Notes under the pieces: model-generated
Databases searched by the model: none
What the model was told of the DNA's origin: nothing
What the model saw: the letters and a program-made list of their open reading frames with translations, nothing else
Made by a program: the position numbers and the translations under genes
Source: Azolla caroliniana
Lineage: Eukaryota > Plantae > Polypodiophyta
Assembly (NCBI GenBank): GCA_043228905.1
Contig: JBHGNT010000004.1
Span: forward strand, 4,402,001-4,466,000
Length of the DNA: 64,000 nucleotides
Direction: 5' to 3'
Shown: piece by piece, positions 1 through 11,671 of the stretch
How the letters are laid out: each line of letters opens with the position of its first letter
How positions within the stretch are numbered: position 1 is the stretch's first letter

Positions 1-132
1 AGAACTAGAAGATATATTTGCAAGAGATAAAATTACATCCACCTAGTGACTATATTACAAACTGTTTGTTTAAATACAATATAATCTAAGGCAACATCCC
101 TTTCTAGCTTTTACAAAAATAGCCATGATCTT

Positions 133-213
133 CGTGGATGGTAGGATTCGAACCTACGCGGGCAAACCCACATGATTTCTAGTCATGCCCGATAACCACT
201 CCGGCACATCCAC
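133..213 (-). tRNA. tRNA-Ser(AGA), intact cloverleaf
   Basis: Reverse complement gives acceptor GTGGATG/CATCCAC, anticodon arm CATGA-CTAGAAA-TCATG, variable arm GGG-TTTG-CCC, T arm GTAGG-TTCGAAT-CCTAC, discriminator G. A T-run follows ~13 nt downstream. Confidence 0.9.
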
Positions 214-602
214 ATGAGGCCCAACAACATTGAAAATAGATATATATCATGTATCATTGGTTTAGGATGAAAATAAATGGGAAGCATACGCGATGTTGTG
301 CAGCTGAAGTGACTAGTGTGTCTGTGTGTAAGTAAGGCAATTAACAAAGAGACATAGCTTTGAACAAGAAGATCTATTAGCAAGTGATAAAAATACGTAC
401 ACCAAGTGATTTAGTTACGAAAGGTTGGTTTAAATACCATGTAACCTAAGACAACATCCCGTTCTAGTTTTTACAACACTAGTCTAGTATGTGTGACAAT
501 AGTCCTTGTACATGGTCTTTGTGGATGGTAGCATTCAAACCCACATGATTTCGAGGCATAACTAGCCTAATATATATGACAATTGTCCATATACAAGACC
601 TT

Positions 603-683
603 CGTGCATGGTAGGATTCGAACCTACGCGGGCGAACCCACATGATTTCTAGTCATGCCCGATAACCACTCCGGCACATCCAC
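603..683 (-). tRNA. tRNA-Ser(AGA), one acceptor-stem mismatch
   Basis: Consensus except gtgcatgg for gtggatgg. Confidence 0.6.
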
Positions 684-1903
684 GTGAGGTCAAATAACAT
701 TGAAAATAGAAAATATTGTGTATTAAAGAAAAATCATTGACTTCCAAATGGTTGAACTTCATCTTCTCGAATATCCTATCATTGTTACAAGATCATAAAG
801 AAATGGGAAGCGTAGGTGATGTTGTGCAGAGGAAGTACTATATGTACGTAAGATAAGCAGGAGAGAGAGAGAGTGCTTTTAACCAGAAAATATATTAGTA
901 GGAGAAAGAGATATCCAATGAAAGGCAACATCCGTCTCTAGTTTTTACAACAAGTAGCCTAGTATATTTGACATTAGGTCTTTTACACAATGTTGGTGGG
1001 TGGTAGGATTCGAACCTACGCAGACGAACCCACATGATTTGTAGCCATGCCTGAGAACCACTACGGCACATCCACATGAGGCCCAATAACATTGAAAATA
1101 GAAAATATCAAGTATCATTTGTTTAAGATTGTTAATAAATGGGAAGTGTAGGTGATGGTATGCAGCAGAAGTAAGTAGTGTTTCTATGTGTAAGTAAGGA
1201 AATCATGAGAGAGAGAGAGAGCTTTGAACAAGAAGATTTATTAGGAGGTGATGAAATTAAATGCACCTAGTGATTTAGTTAGAAAAGGTTGATTTCCGAT
1301 AACCGCTTCGGCACATCCACGTGAGCTGAAACGAAATTGAAAATAGAGAATCTCATGTATTAAAGAAAAATCGTTGACTCCGAAATGGTTTAACTTCATC
1401 TTCTTGAATATTCTATTATTGGTTTAAGATAGCAAAGAAACGGGAAGGGTAGCTGATGTTGTGCAGAGGAAATGAGTCGTCCGTGTGTGTGCGTACGTAA
1501 GGCAAGCAGGAAAACGAGAGAGGGAGAGAGAGAGAGAGAGAGCTTAGAACTAGAAGATATATTTGCAGGAGATAAAATTACATCGACCTAGTGACTATGT
1601 TACAAACTGTTTGTTTAAATACAATATCATCTAAGGCAATATCCCTTTCTAGCTTTTACAAAAATAGCCTTGTAGGTCTTCTACATGATCTTTGTGGATG
1701 GTAGGATTCGTACCTACGCGGGTGAACCCACATGATTTCTAGTCATGCCCGATAACCACTCCTGCACATCCACATGAGGCCCAACAACATTGAAAATAGA
1801 TATATATAATGTATCATTGGTTTAGGATGAAAATAAATGGGAAGCGTACGTGATGTTGTGCAGTTGAAGTGACTAGTGTGTCTGTGTGTAAGTAAGCCAA
1901 TCA

Positions 1904-1942
<39 letters not shown>

Positions 1943-2184
1943 TGAACAAGAAGATCTATTAGCAAGTGGTAAAAATACGTCCACCTAGTGATTTAGTTAC
2001 AAAACGTTGGTTTAAATACCATGTAATCTAAGACAACATCCCGTTCTAGTTTTTACAACACTAGTCTAGTATGTGTGACAATAGTTCTTCTACATGGTCT
2101 TTGTGGATGGTAGCATTCGAACCCATATGATTTCGAGGCATAACTAGCCTAATATATATGACAATTGTCCATATACAAGACCTT

Positions 2185-2265
2185 CGTGGATGGTAGGATT
2201 CGAACCTACGCGGGCGAACCCACATGATTTCTAGTCATGCCCGATAACCACTCCGGCACATCCAC
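2185..2265 (-). tRNA. tRNA-Ser(AGA), intact
   Basis: Identical to the 81-nt array consensus; all stems paired; A and B boxes intact. Confidence 0.9.
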
Positions 2266-2921
2266 GTGAGGTCAAATAACATTGAAAATAGAAAATATCA
2301 TGTATCATTGTTTTAAGATTGTTAATAAATGGGAAATGTAGGTGATGTTATGCAACGTAACAAAGTAGTGTGTCTATGTGTAAGTAAGGAAATCAAGGGA
2401 GAGAGAGAGAACTTTGAACAAGAAGATTTATTAGGAGGTGATGAAATTAAATGCACCTAGTGATTTAGTTAGAAAAGGTTGATTTCCGATAACCACTTCA
2501 GCGTACGGGATGTTGTGCAGGAAAACGAGAGAGGGAGAGAGAGAGAGAGAGAGCTCAGAACTAGAAGATATATTTGCAGGAGATAAAATTACATCGACCT
2601 AGTGACTATGTTACAAACTGTTTGTTTAAATACAATATCATCTAAGGCAATATCCCTTTCTAGCTTTTACAAAAATAGCCTTGTAGGTCTTCTACATGAT
2701 CTTTGTGGATGGTAGGATTCGTACCTACGCGGGTGAACCCACATGATTTCTAGAGAGGCCCGATAACCACTCCGGCACATCCACATGAGGCCCAACAACA
2801 TTGAAAATAGATATATATCATGTATCATTGGTTTAGGATGAAAATAAATGGGAAGCGTACGGGATGTTGTGCAGTTGAAGTGACTAGTGTGTCTGTGTGT
2901 AAGGCAATCAATAGAGAGAGA

Positions 2922-2973
<52 letters not shown>

Positions 2974-3215
2974 TGAACAAGAAGATCTATTAGCAAGTGG
3001 TAAAAATACGTCCACCTAGTGATTTAGTTACAAAACGTTGGTTTAAATACCATGTAATCTAAGACAACATCCCGTTCTAGTTTTTACAACACTAGTCTAG
3101 TATGTGTGACAATAGTTCTTCTACATGGTCTTTGTGGATGGTAGCATTCGAACCCATATGATTTCGAGGTATAACTAGCCTAATATATATGACAATTGTC
3201 CATATACAAGACCTT

Positions 3216-3296
3216 CGTGGATGGTAGGATTCGAACCTACGCGGGCGAACCCACATGATTTCTAGTCATGCCCGATAACCACTCCGGCACATCCAC
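3216..3296 (-). tRNA. tRNA-Ser(AGA), intact
   Basis: Identical to array consensus. Confidence 0.9.
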
Positions 3297-3744
3297 GTGA
3301 GGTCAAATAACATTGAAAATAGAAAATATCATGTATCATTGGTTTAAGATTGTTAATAAATGGGAAATGTAGGTGATGTTATGCAACGTAACAAAGTAGT
3401 GTGTCTATGTGTAAGTTAGGAAATCAAGAGAGAGAGAGAGAGCTCTAAACAAGAAGATTTATTAGGAGGTGATGAAATTAAATGCACCTAGTGATTTAGT
3501 TAGAAAAGGTTGATTTCGGATAACCACTTCAGCACATCCACGTGAGCTGAAACGAAATTGAAAATAGAGAATCTCATGTATTAAAGAAAAATCGTTGACT
3601 TCGAAATGGTTTAATTTCATCTTCTTCAATATTCTACTATTGGTTTAAGATTGTAAAGAAATGAGAAGGGCAGCTAATGTTGTGCAGAGGAAATGAGTCG
3701 TCCGTGTGTGTGCATACGTGACGTAAGCAGGACAACGAGAGAGG

Positions 3745-3808
<64 letters not shown>

Positions 3809-3973
3809 TAGAGAGAGAGAGAGCTCGGAACTAGAAGATATATTTGCAGGAGATAAAATTACATCGACCTAGTGACTATGTTACAAACTGTTTGTTTAAA
3901 TACAATATCATCTAAAGCAACATCCCTTTCTAGCTTTTACAAAAATAGCCTAGTAGGTCTTCTACATGATCTT

Positions 3974-4054
3974 CGTGGATGGTAGGATTCGAACCTACGC
4001 GGGTGAACCCACATGATTTCTAGTCATGCCCGATAACCACTCCGGCACATCCAC
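3974..4054 (-). tRNA. tRNA-Ser(AGA), intact (variable loop TTCA)
   Basis: Consensus with GGG-TTCA-CCC variable arm. Confidence 0.88.
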
Positions 4055-4191
4055 ATGAGGCCCAACAACATTGAAAATAGATATATATCATGTATCATTG
4101 GTTTAGGATGAAAATAAATGGGAAGCGTACGGGATGTTGTGCAGTTGAAGTGACTAGTGTGTCTGTGTGTAAGGCAATCAATAGAGAGAGA

Positions 4192-4249
<58 letters not shown>

Positions 4250-4491
4250 TGAACAAGAAGATCTATTAGCAAGTGGTAAAAATACGTCCACCTAGTGATT
4301 TAGTTACAAAACGTTGGTTTAAATACCATGTAATCTAAGATAACATCCCGTTCTAGTTTTTACAACACTAGTCTAGTATGTGTGACAATAGTTCTTCTAC
4401 ATGGTCTTTGTGGATGGTAGCATTCGAACCCATATGATTTCGAGGCATAACTAGCCTAATATATATGACAATTGTCCATATACAAGACCTT

Positions 4492-4572
4492 CGTGGATGG
4501 TAGGATTCGAACCTACGCGGGCGAACCCACATGATTTCTAGTCATGCCCGATAACCACTCCGGCACATCCAC
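4492..4572 (-). tRNA. tRNA-Ser(AGA), intact
   Basis: Identical to array consensus. Confidence 0.9.
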
Positions 4573-5016
4573 GTGAGGTCAAATAACATTGAAAATAGAA
4601 AATATCATGTATCATTGGTTTAAGATTGTTGATAAATGGGAAATGTAGGTGATGTTATGCAACGTAACAAAGTAGTGTGTCTATGTGTAAGTTAGGAAAT
4701 CAAGAGAGAGAGAGAGAGCTCTGAACAAGAAGATTTATTAGGAGGTGATGAAATTAAATGCACCTAGTGATTTAGTTAGAAAAGGTTGATTTCGGATAAC
4801 CACTTCAGCACATCCACGTGAGCTGAAACGAAATTGAAAATAGAAAATCTCATGTGTTAAAGAAAAATCGTTGACTTCGAAATGGTTTAATTTCATCTTC
4901 TTCAATATTCTACTATTGGTTTAAGATTGTAAAGAAATGAGAAGGGTAGCTAATGTTGTGTAGAGGAAATGAGTCGTCCGTGTGTGTGCATACGTGACGT
5001 AAGCAGGACAACGAGA

Positions 5017-5054
<38 letters not shown>

Positions 5055-5213
5055 GAGAGAGAGCTCGAAACTAGAAGATATATTTGCAGGAGATAAAATT
5101 ACATCGACCTAGTGACTATGTTACAAACTGTTTGTTTAAATACAATATCATCTAAGGCAACATCCCTTTCTAGCTTTTACAAAAATAGCCTAGTAGGTCT
5201 TCTACATGATCTT

Positions 5214-5294
5214 CGTGGATGGTAGGATTCGAACCTACGCGGGTGAACCCACATGATTTCTAGTCATGCCCGATAACCACTCCGACACATCCAC
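5214..5294 (-). tRNA. tRNA-Ser(AGA), one D-stem substitution
   Basis: tccgacac instead of tccggcac; TTCA variable loop. Confidence 0.65.
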
Positions 5295-5701
5295 ATGAGG
5301 CCCAACAACATTGAAAATAGATATATATCATGTATCATTGGTTTAGGATGAAAATAAATGGGAAGCGTACGTGATGTTGTGCAGTTGAAGTGACTAGTGT
5401 GTCTGTGTGTAAGAAAGGCAATTAAAAAAGAGAGAAATAGAGAGAGAGAGAGAGAGCTTTGAACAAGAAGATCTATTAGCAAGTGGTAAAAATACGTCCA
5501 CCTAGTGATTTAGCTACAAAACGTTGGTTTAAATACCATGTAATCTAAGACAACATCCCGTTCTAGTTTTTACAACACTAGTCTAGTATGTGTGACAATA
5601 GTTCTTCTACATGGTCTTTGTGGATGGTAGCATTCGAACCCATATGATTTCGAGGCATAACTAGCCTAATATATATGACAATTGTCCATATACAAGACCT
5701 T

Positions 5702-5782
5702 CGTGGATGGTAGGATTCGAACCTACGCGGGCGAACCCACATGATTTCTAGTCATGCCCGATAACCACTCCGGCACATCCAC
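5702..5782 (-). tRNA. tRNA-Ser(AGA), intact
   Basis: Identical to array consensus. Confidence 0.9.
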
Positions 5783-6005
5783 GTGAGGTCAAATAACATT
5801 GAAAATAGAAAATATCATGTATCATTGTTTTAAGATTGTTAATAAATGGGAAATGTAGGTGATGTTATGCAACGTAACAAAGTAGTGTGTCTATGTGTAA
5901 GTAAGGAAATCAAGGGAGAGAGAGAGAACTTTGAACAAGAAGATTTATTAGGAGGTGATGAAATTAAATGCACCTAGTGATTTAGTTAGAAAAGGTTGAT
6001 TTCGG

Positions 6006-6935
6006 ATAACCTACATATACTTTCATCCCTACCGACTCCATTAGTACGGCCATTCTCAATCTCAAGTTGGTGAGATGATATTCTAAGTTGTCCAATGGCG
6101 ACCCTTAGTGGATGTGGTAAGAATACATCTAGATATTTTGGGCCAGTGATAAAACCTAACTTAGAGAAGTGCATGAAGTGTTCCTTATAGTACAACATTT
6201 TAGATGGGAGTGGCTCTCGTGGGGTGATCCTTTTATACCGAGTGTAAATTTGCCATATGTCTTGGCGTATTACTTTATTGGTGTCCTCATGAGAGATTAA
6301 TGTGTTATCAATCTTGTGGTTGTATCTAAGGGGAGGTAGGATATTAATGTCTAGACCATTTGCAAGTGGCCAACTCATCATCATGTCATACCATGAGCTA
6401 GTATAGCAGGACTCATACAATGATCGAGAGGCCTTAAAGGCTTGATGAGATATTCTATCATGTGGTTGGCTATGTATCCTATGAAGAAAGACTACAAGTT
6501 GGAAAAGTGCCTCTACTAACATTGGGGGTAACGTGAATTCAGACCTAATAATGTCATGTGGTACTGTCGATTTGTTTCGGAGTTGCCGTGATAACATCAT
6601 CACCAATGGTCTCTCTAATTGCGTCCACATGGAAGATGGTAATCCTAGAGCCCAAACCGCTGATGTATACATGAGGGAGGGGGTCACTAATGAGTGAAAG
6701 AGCCACCCTTTAGTCCGTGGCTCTTGAAAGTATGCTAGGTGGCATTGTCTCTCTAGGAGTGAGAGGGATACATGTCGTCTCGTAAATCTATGCTTCGCAG
6801 CCTGTGTCATTGAAAATTTACCTGAACGAGCACTGAAAGTGACTCCGAGATAGATGTAGGATCCAACCACCTCAATTGGGTTATGGGAGATAGTTAGGTG
6901 ACAATTAGCTTTAACATGGGCCGATGTGTGGAAGA
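6006..6935 (-). mobile_element. LINE fragment, family A (RTE-X-like), distal ORF2 only
   Basis: ORF 5986-6993 contains YIYLGVTF...FHSLVTPSLMY...QLRISSHQLEIENGR. Both ends join array sequence through short microhomologies (ataacc; gaaga). Confidence 0.85.
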
Positions 6936-7599
6936 GAGAGAGAGAGAGCACGAAACCAGAAGAAATATTAGCAGGAGATAAAATTACATCCACCTAGTGA
7001 CTAAGTTACAGAATTATTTTTTTAATACGATCTAATTTAAAGGAATATCCCTTTCTAGCTTTTACAACAATAGCCTAGTATATCCGACAAGAGGTTTTTT
7101 ACATGATCTTCGTGGATGGTATGATTCGAACCTACGCGAGTTAACCCACATGACTTCTAGTCATGCCCGATAACCACTCTGGCACATCCAAAAGACGCCC
7201 AACAACATTGAAAATACATAATATCATGTATCACTGGTTTAGGAGTAAATAAATGGCAAGCGTATATGATGTTGTGAAGCTGAAGTGACTATTGTGTCTG
7301 TGTGTAACTAAGGCAATCAGGAGAGAGAGAAACAAAGAGAGAGAGAGAGAGAACTTTGAACAAGAAGATTTATTAGCAAGTCATAAAATTACATCCACCT
7401 AGTGATTTAGTTACAAAAGGTTGGTTTAAATATCATGTAACCTAAGGCAACATCCCATTCTAGTCTTTACAACACTAGTCAAGTATGTGTGACAATAGTC
7501 CTTGTACGTGATCTTTGTGGATGGTAGCATTCAAACCCACATGATTTCAAGGCATAACTAGCCTAATATATCCAACAATTGTCCATAATACAAGATCAT

Positions 7600-7680
7600 C
7601 GTGGATGGTAGGATTCGAACCTACGCGGGCGAACCCACATGATTTCTAGTCATGCCCGATAACCACTCCGGCACATCCAC
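7600..7680 (-). tRNA. tRNA-Ser(AGA), intact
   Basis: Identical to array consensus. Confidence 0.9.
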
Positions 7681-8290
7681 GTGAGATCAAATGATATTGA
7701 AAATAGAAAATATTGTGTATTAAAGAAAAATTGTTTTAACTTCATTTTCTCGAATATATTATCATTATTTTAAGATCGTAAAGAAATGTGAAGCGTAGGT
7801 GATGTTATGTAGAGGAAGCAAACCGACTATGTGTACGTAAGATAAGCACGAGAGAGAGAGTGAGTAAGAGATAGAGAGCTTGGAACCATATTAGTAGGAG
7901 AGAGACATATCCAATGTAATGGCAACATCCCTCTCTAGTTTAAATAACAATAGCCTAGTATATTCGACAGTAGGTCTTTTACATGATGTTCGTGGGTGGT
8001 AGGATTCGAACCTACCCAGGCGAACCCACATGATTTCTAGTCATGCTCGATAACCACTCCGGCAAATCCACATGAGGCCCAATAACATTGAAAATAGAAA
8101 ATATCAATTATCATTGGTTTAAGATTTTAAATAAATGGGAAGTGTACGTGATGTTTTGCAACGGAAGTAACTAGTGTGTGTATTTGTAAGTAAGACAATC
8201 AGGAGAGAGAGAGAGAGAGAGATAGATAGATAGATTATATTATCGTCTTCGGAGATCAAATATGACCTATGAGACCAAAAATATTACATT

Positions 8291-11200
8291 TCACGTGATA
8301 CGTGTGAAAGTGAGTAGTGACTCTCGATGTTCAAGAACTTTACCAATGAATGTTGCAATCGAGAGTGCACATTGTGGTTGTGAGAGGAATTCATGCAAAG
8401 ATTGGGCTCGATCGAAGAGATGTGGAAAGCATGGTCGAATATGATCAAAGGCAGAGCATTGTATCAAAGTGTGATACTCAGACTCGCGAACTTGTTTAGG
8501 GCAAAGTGTGCATAGCCGACCACTCTCATCACTTGTACCCCAACGCCCTGTTTCACATCGCAATGCATGTGAGCTAAGTCGCATGGAAGCAATGGTTCGA
8601 ATGGCAGATAACGGTATGCGCTCTAACATGTATGGATGTGTACGATTTCCCCGTTCCGCAAAGAATATGGTTTTGTAGTTAGGTGCAACATGTGTAGTAT
8701 AATGTGTGAAGCGTGAGCCTCCACATTTGTCCCATGTCATGATACATTGGCGTTGCAAAAATGCCTCATTTACAGAGGAATCTAATGATGCATCATGAAG
8801 CAAGTGTCTCGCATCCCATCTACCAAACCATTTTTCTATATCTTGCATCCAACCGGAACACAAAATTTTGCTTTTATGCGTCTTTTGGATCTTTTTGCTT
8901 GGTTCCCACGCAATTCTAGGAAGTCGATGTGAGGGACTTTTTTGAACCTTAAGCATGTATTCAACAACCCTTTCCATGGCCACGATCTCAATGGGAAGCG
9001 ATCCCGTCTCAAGGAGGAGCAGGGTGTAGGGCGTTTGTTTCTTAACTTGTAGAAACTTGGTAAGAAAATGCTTTTGGACATTTTCAAACTCTTTCCACAT
9101 AGACTTAGGGATGCTACCGCCCCATACTTCCACCCCATAGAGAAGAACTGGTGTCACCAAAGTGTCAAAAAGATATTTCTTGATGACCCAACACTTAATA
9201 TCTCCAAGATTGCATGTGTTCTCAAATGCATAGTATGCTCGTTTGCCCGCCTCTAAGCGGCGTGTAGCACATTCATTCCATCTATGATTTGAAGGAACTT
9301 CAAGGCCAAGATATTTGAAGCTTTCCACACATTCAAGTGGCTCATTGTTGTACATAATGCATGGTTTATCTCTTTTTTGGCTCTTCACAAGCATAATCTT
9401 TGTTTTAGAGCTATTGACACTTAATTTAGTATGCATGCAAAATTTTTCCAATGCCTTCATAAGCTTTTGTGCATCTCCTAAAGTATTTGCAAAAAGCACT
9501 ACGTCATCTGCATATAGCAAAAGCATAATCACAACATTCCCAATGGCAACTTCTTCAACACATTCTTCCTTTGCAAACTTGGTAACCATTTCTTCCAATT
9601 CATCAATGCATAGACCAAATAGTGTTGGTGAGAGTGGGCATCCTTGCTTAACACCAATAGTGCTTTTGAAAAAATCTGAAAGTTTATCTTTCATGCGCAC
9701 ACAACATATAACCTTCTCATAAATTCGGGAAATTGCAAGCATATATTCACTTGGCACCTCAAGTTCTTCCATTCGCCTCCAAAGATGCTCACGAGGTACC
9801 ATATCAAAAGCTTTCTTGAAGTCTACAAAGCAACAATATAAACCTTTACCTCTAAGGCGACTTTCCTCCATTAATACTCGGAGGGTGATAAGGTGATCAA
9901 TGGTGCTATGGTGTTTCCGAAAGCCAGCTTGTCCATAAGCTCTCTTACCACTTTTTTCAGCCCATACACTTATCTTTGATTCCATTATACATCCAAATAG
10001 TTTTGCCATTAATGAGCCAACCATGATGGTTCGATAGTTGTTTACATTATTTATATCTCCACCTTTATGTAAAGGTTTGATCCAATTTGTAGTCCAATCG
10101 TACGGCATACCATTTTGCAATGCATCATTAAACATATCGCTTATCCATATATGTGCTTCCTTTCCCGTCCATTTGAGCATTTCAGCCTTTATACATTGAA
10201 GATCGCTTGCCTTTCGAGAGGCCAATTTCTTAAGTCCTATGCATATATCTTCAATTGTAAAGAAGGAAGGCATATGTGAAAGAGAACCATAACACATCAT
10301 CTTTCCGGCAAGAGATAACTCATATAAATTCTTACAATGCATAGACAAGTCGTGAAGAGTTAAGTCACCATAACTCTCAACACGTTTTCCCTTTAGATTT
10401 CCCCAAAATTTAGCACATGCATGTGCTTTCTCTTGCGTTTGGATAAATTGTTGAGTAACTTCCCATATTCTTCTCTTTCTTTGAATAAGCCTTTTATACT
10501 CATGCAAATGCTTTTGGTAATTCTCTTTATCCTTAACTACATCCAAAACCATAAGGCACTTTCGAGCTTCACGACATTCTTTATCAAACCATTTTTTCCT
10601 AAGTTTCTTGGTGCATTTCCAAGATGTGCGGTTGGTCGAAAAACATTTGTTTGTACATGAGAGAATGACTTTCTTGAAAGCTTCCCATTTGCATTCTAGT
10701 GTGGCACCATGTTGTATCTTTGTCATTTGTAACATATCCTCAACCATCTTGGAATACATGGGTGCTCGCTTAAGGTTCATGCTCAAGTGCGGTTGTTTAT
10801 TATCTTCAATAGCCTTCTCACAATCAAACCTATGCATACATTTGAGATCAATACATAAAGGCCTATGATCTGATTCCGGTGTCCATTCACCAAGTGAGAA
10901 TTTATGTATACGATCCAAAATACCTTCGGAAAGTAGCACATAATCAATCACACTATTTCCGTTGTATTTTCTACATGTAAAACCATTAGTGTTGGGCCAT
11001 AAGGAAATACCATTTACAATAAGCAATCCGGTACTATTGCACATTTGTAGGAGTAACTTCCCAAATTGGTTCGGATCTTTTTCATCGCTAGAAGAGCGGT
11101 TATACATTTGCATATCCTCTTGCATCCTTGAGATATGTGGCATGAAAGATTCTTTTGAATCAAGTTGGAAACTTCTTGTACGAGCATTCATGTCACCAAA

Positions 11201-11665
11201 GACAATAACTTCCCCTTTGGATTTGAAATAAGCAATATCATCTTCTAGATTGGCAAACGGTTGATCTTTATCCAAACAAGCATAAAAGTTAGAATCTTGA
11301 TGAGGAATGTAACATCCAACAACAAAAGTGGGCAAATCATTAGGTGTTTCTATTTTGAGCCATATGTAGCATTTATTTTCATCATTTTTTATGATTGACA
11401 CATATTTCTCTATTTCCTTCTTAATCAAACATGCCACCCCTCCTTGTCCTCTTCTTTGTCTTGGATTTTTCTTCCATATCAAAGAGTGTACATTATAGTT
11501 TCCTAAACCTTGAATCCTTTGAGTATCATGCTCCCATGTTTCAACAAGAAGTGTGATATCCGAGTCATTGGTGAACTCCTCTATGCCAAATCCCGCATTC
11601 CATGGGTATCCATTGCAATTCCAAAAGCATAGTCGTAAAAGGCGTGGGTTAGTCTCATAGATCAC
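8291..11665 (-). CDS. LINE ORF2: APE endonuclease + reverse transcriptase + C-terminal Cys/His motif (1124 aa, GTG first codon)
   Basis: FWNCNG, LLVETW, FGDMNART, IDYVL, SDH (EN); QAGFR, FVDFKKAFD, GVKQGCPLSPTLF, YADD, FKYLG (RT); CTLC..ESEYH...C. Confidence 0.95.
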   Translation of the reverse strand: MIYETNPRLLRLCFWNCNGYPWNAGFGIEEFTNDSDITLLVETWEHDTQRIQGLGNYNVHSLIWKKNPRQRRGQGGVACLIKKEIEKYVSIIKNDENKCYIWLKIETPNDLPTFVVGCYIPHQDSNFYACLDKDQPFANLEDDIAYFKSKGEVIVFGDMNARTRSFQLDSKESFMPHISRMQEDMQMYNRSSSDEKDPNQFGKLLLQMCNSTGLLIVNGISLWPNTNGFTCRKYNGNSVIDYVLLSEGILDRIHKFSLGEWTPESDHRPLCIDLKCMHRFDCEKAIEDNKQPHLSMNLKRAPMYSKMVEDMLQMTKIQHGATLECKWEAFKKVILSCTNKCFSTNRTSWKCTKKLRKKWFDKECREARKCLMVLDVVKDKENYQKHLHEYKRLIQRKRRIWEVTQQFIQTQEKAHACAKFWGNLKGKRVESYGDLTLHDLSMHCKNLYELSLAGKMMCYGSLSHMPSFFTIEDICIGLKKLASRKASDLQCIKAEMLKWTGKEAHIWISDMFNDALQNGMPYDWTTNWIKPLHKGGDINNVNNYRTIMVGSLMAKLFGCIMESKISVWAEKSGKRAYGQAGFRKHHSTIDHLITLRVLMEESRLRGKGLYCCFVDFKKAFDMVPREHLWRRMEELEVPSEYMLAISRIYEKVICCVRMKDKLSDFFKSTIGVKQGCPLSPTLFGLCIDELEEMVTKFAKEECVEEVAIGNVVIMLLLYADDVVLFANTLGDAQKLMKALEKFCMHTKLSVNSSKTKIMLVKSQKRDKPCIMYNNEPLECVESFKYLGLEVPSNHRWNECATRRLEAGKRAYYAFENTCNLGDIKCWVIKKYLFDTLVTPVLLYGVEVWGGSIPKSMWKEFENVQKHFLTKFLQVKKQTPYTLLLLETGSLPIEIVAMERVVEYMLKVQKSPSHRLPRIAWEPSKKIQKTHKSKILCSGWMQDIEKWFGRWDARHLLHDASLDSSVNEAFLQRQCIMTWDKCGGSRFTHYTTHVAPNYKTIFFAERGNRTHPYMLERIPLSAIRTIASMRLSSHALRCETGRWGTSDESGRLCTLCPKQVRESEYHTLIQCSAFDHIRPCFPHLFDRAQSLHEFLSQPQCALSIATFIGKVLEHRESLLTFTRIT

Positions 11666-11671
11666 GTGTCC

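Noticed and set aside
183-5482. Repeated 65-109 aa ORFs (..THRHTSHF..MLLGLMWMCRSGYRA)
   Set aside because: They are translations across array spacers, (TC)n tracts and the tRNA itself; length varies with the microsatellite and there is no protein signature.
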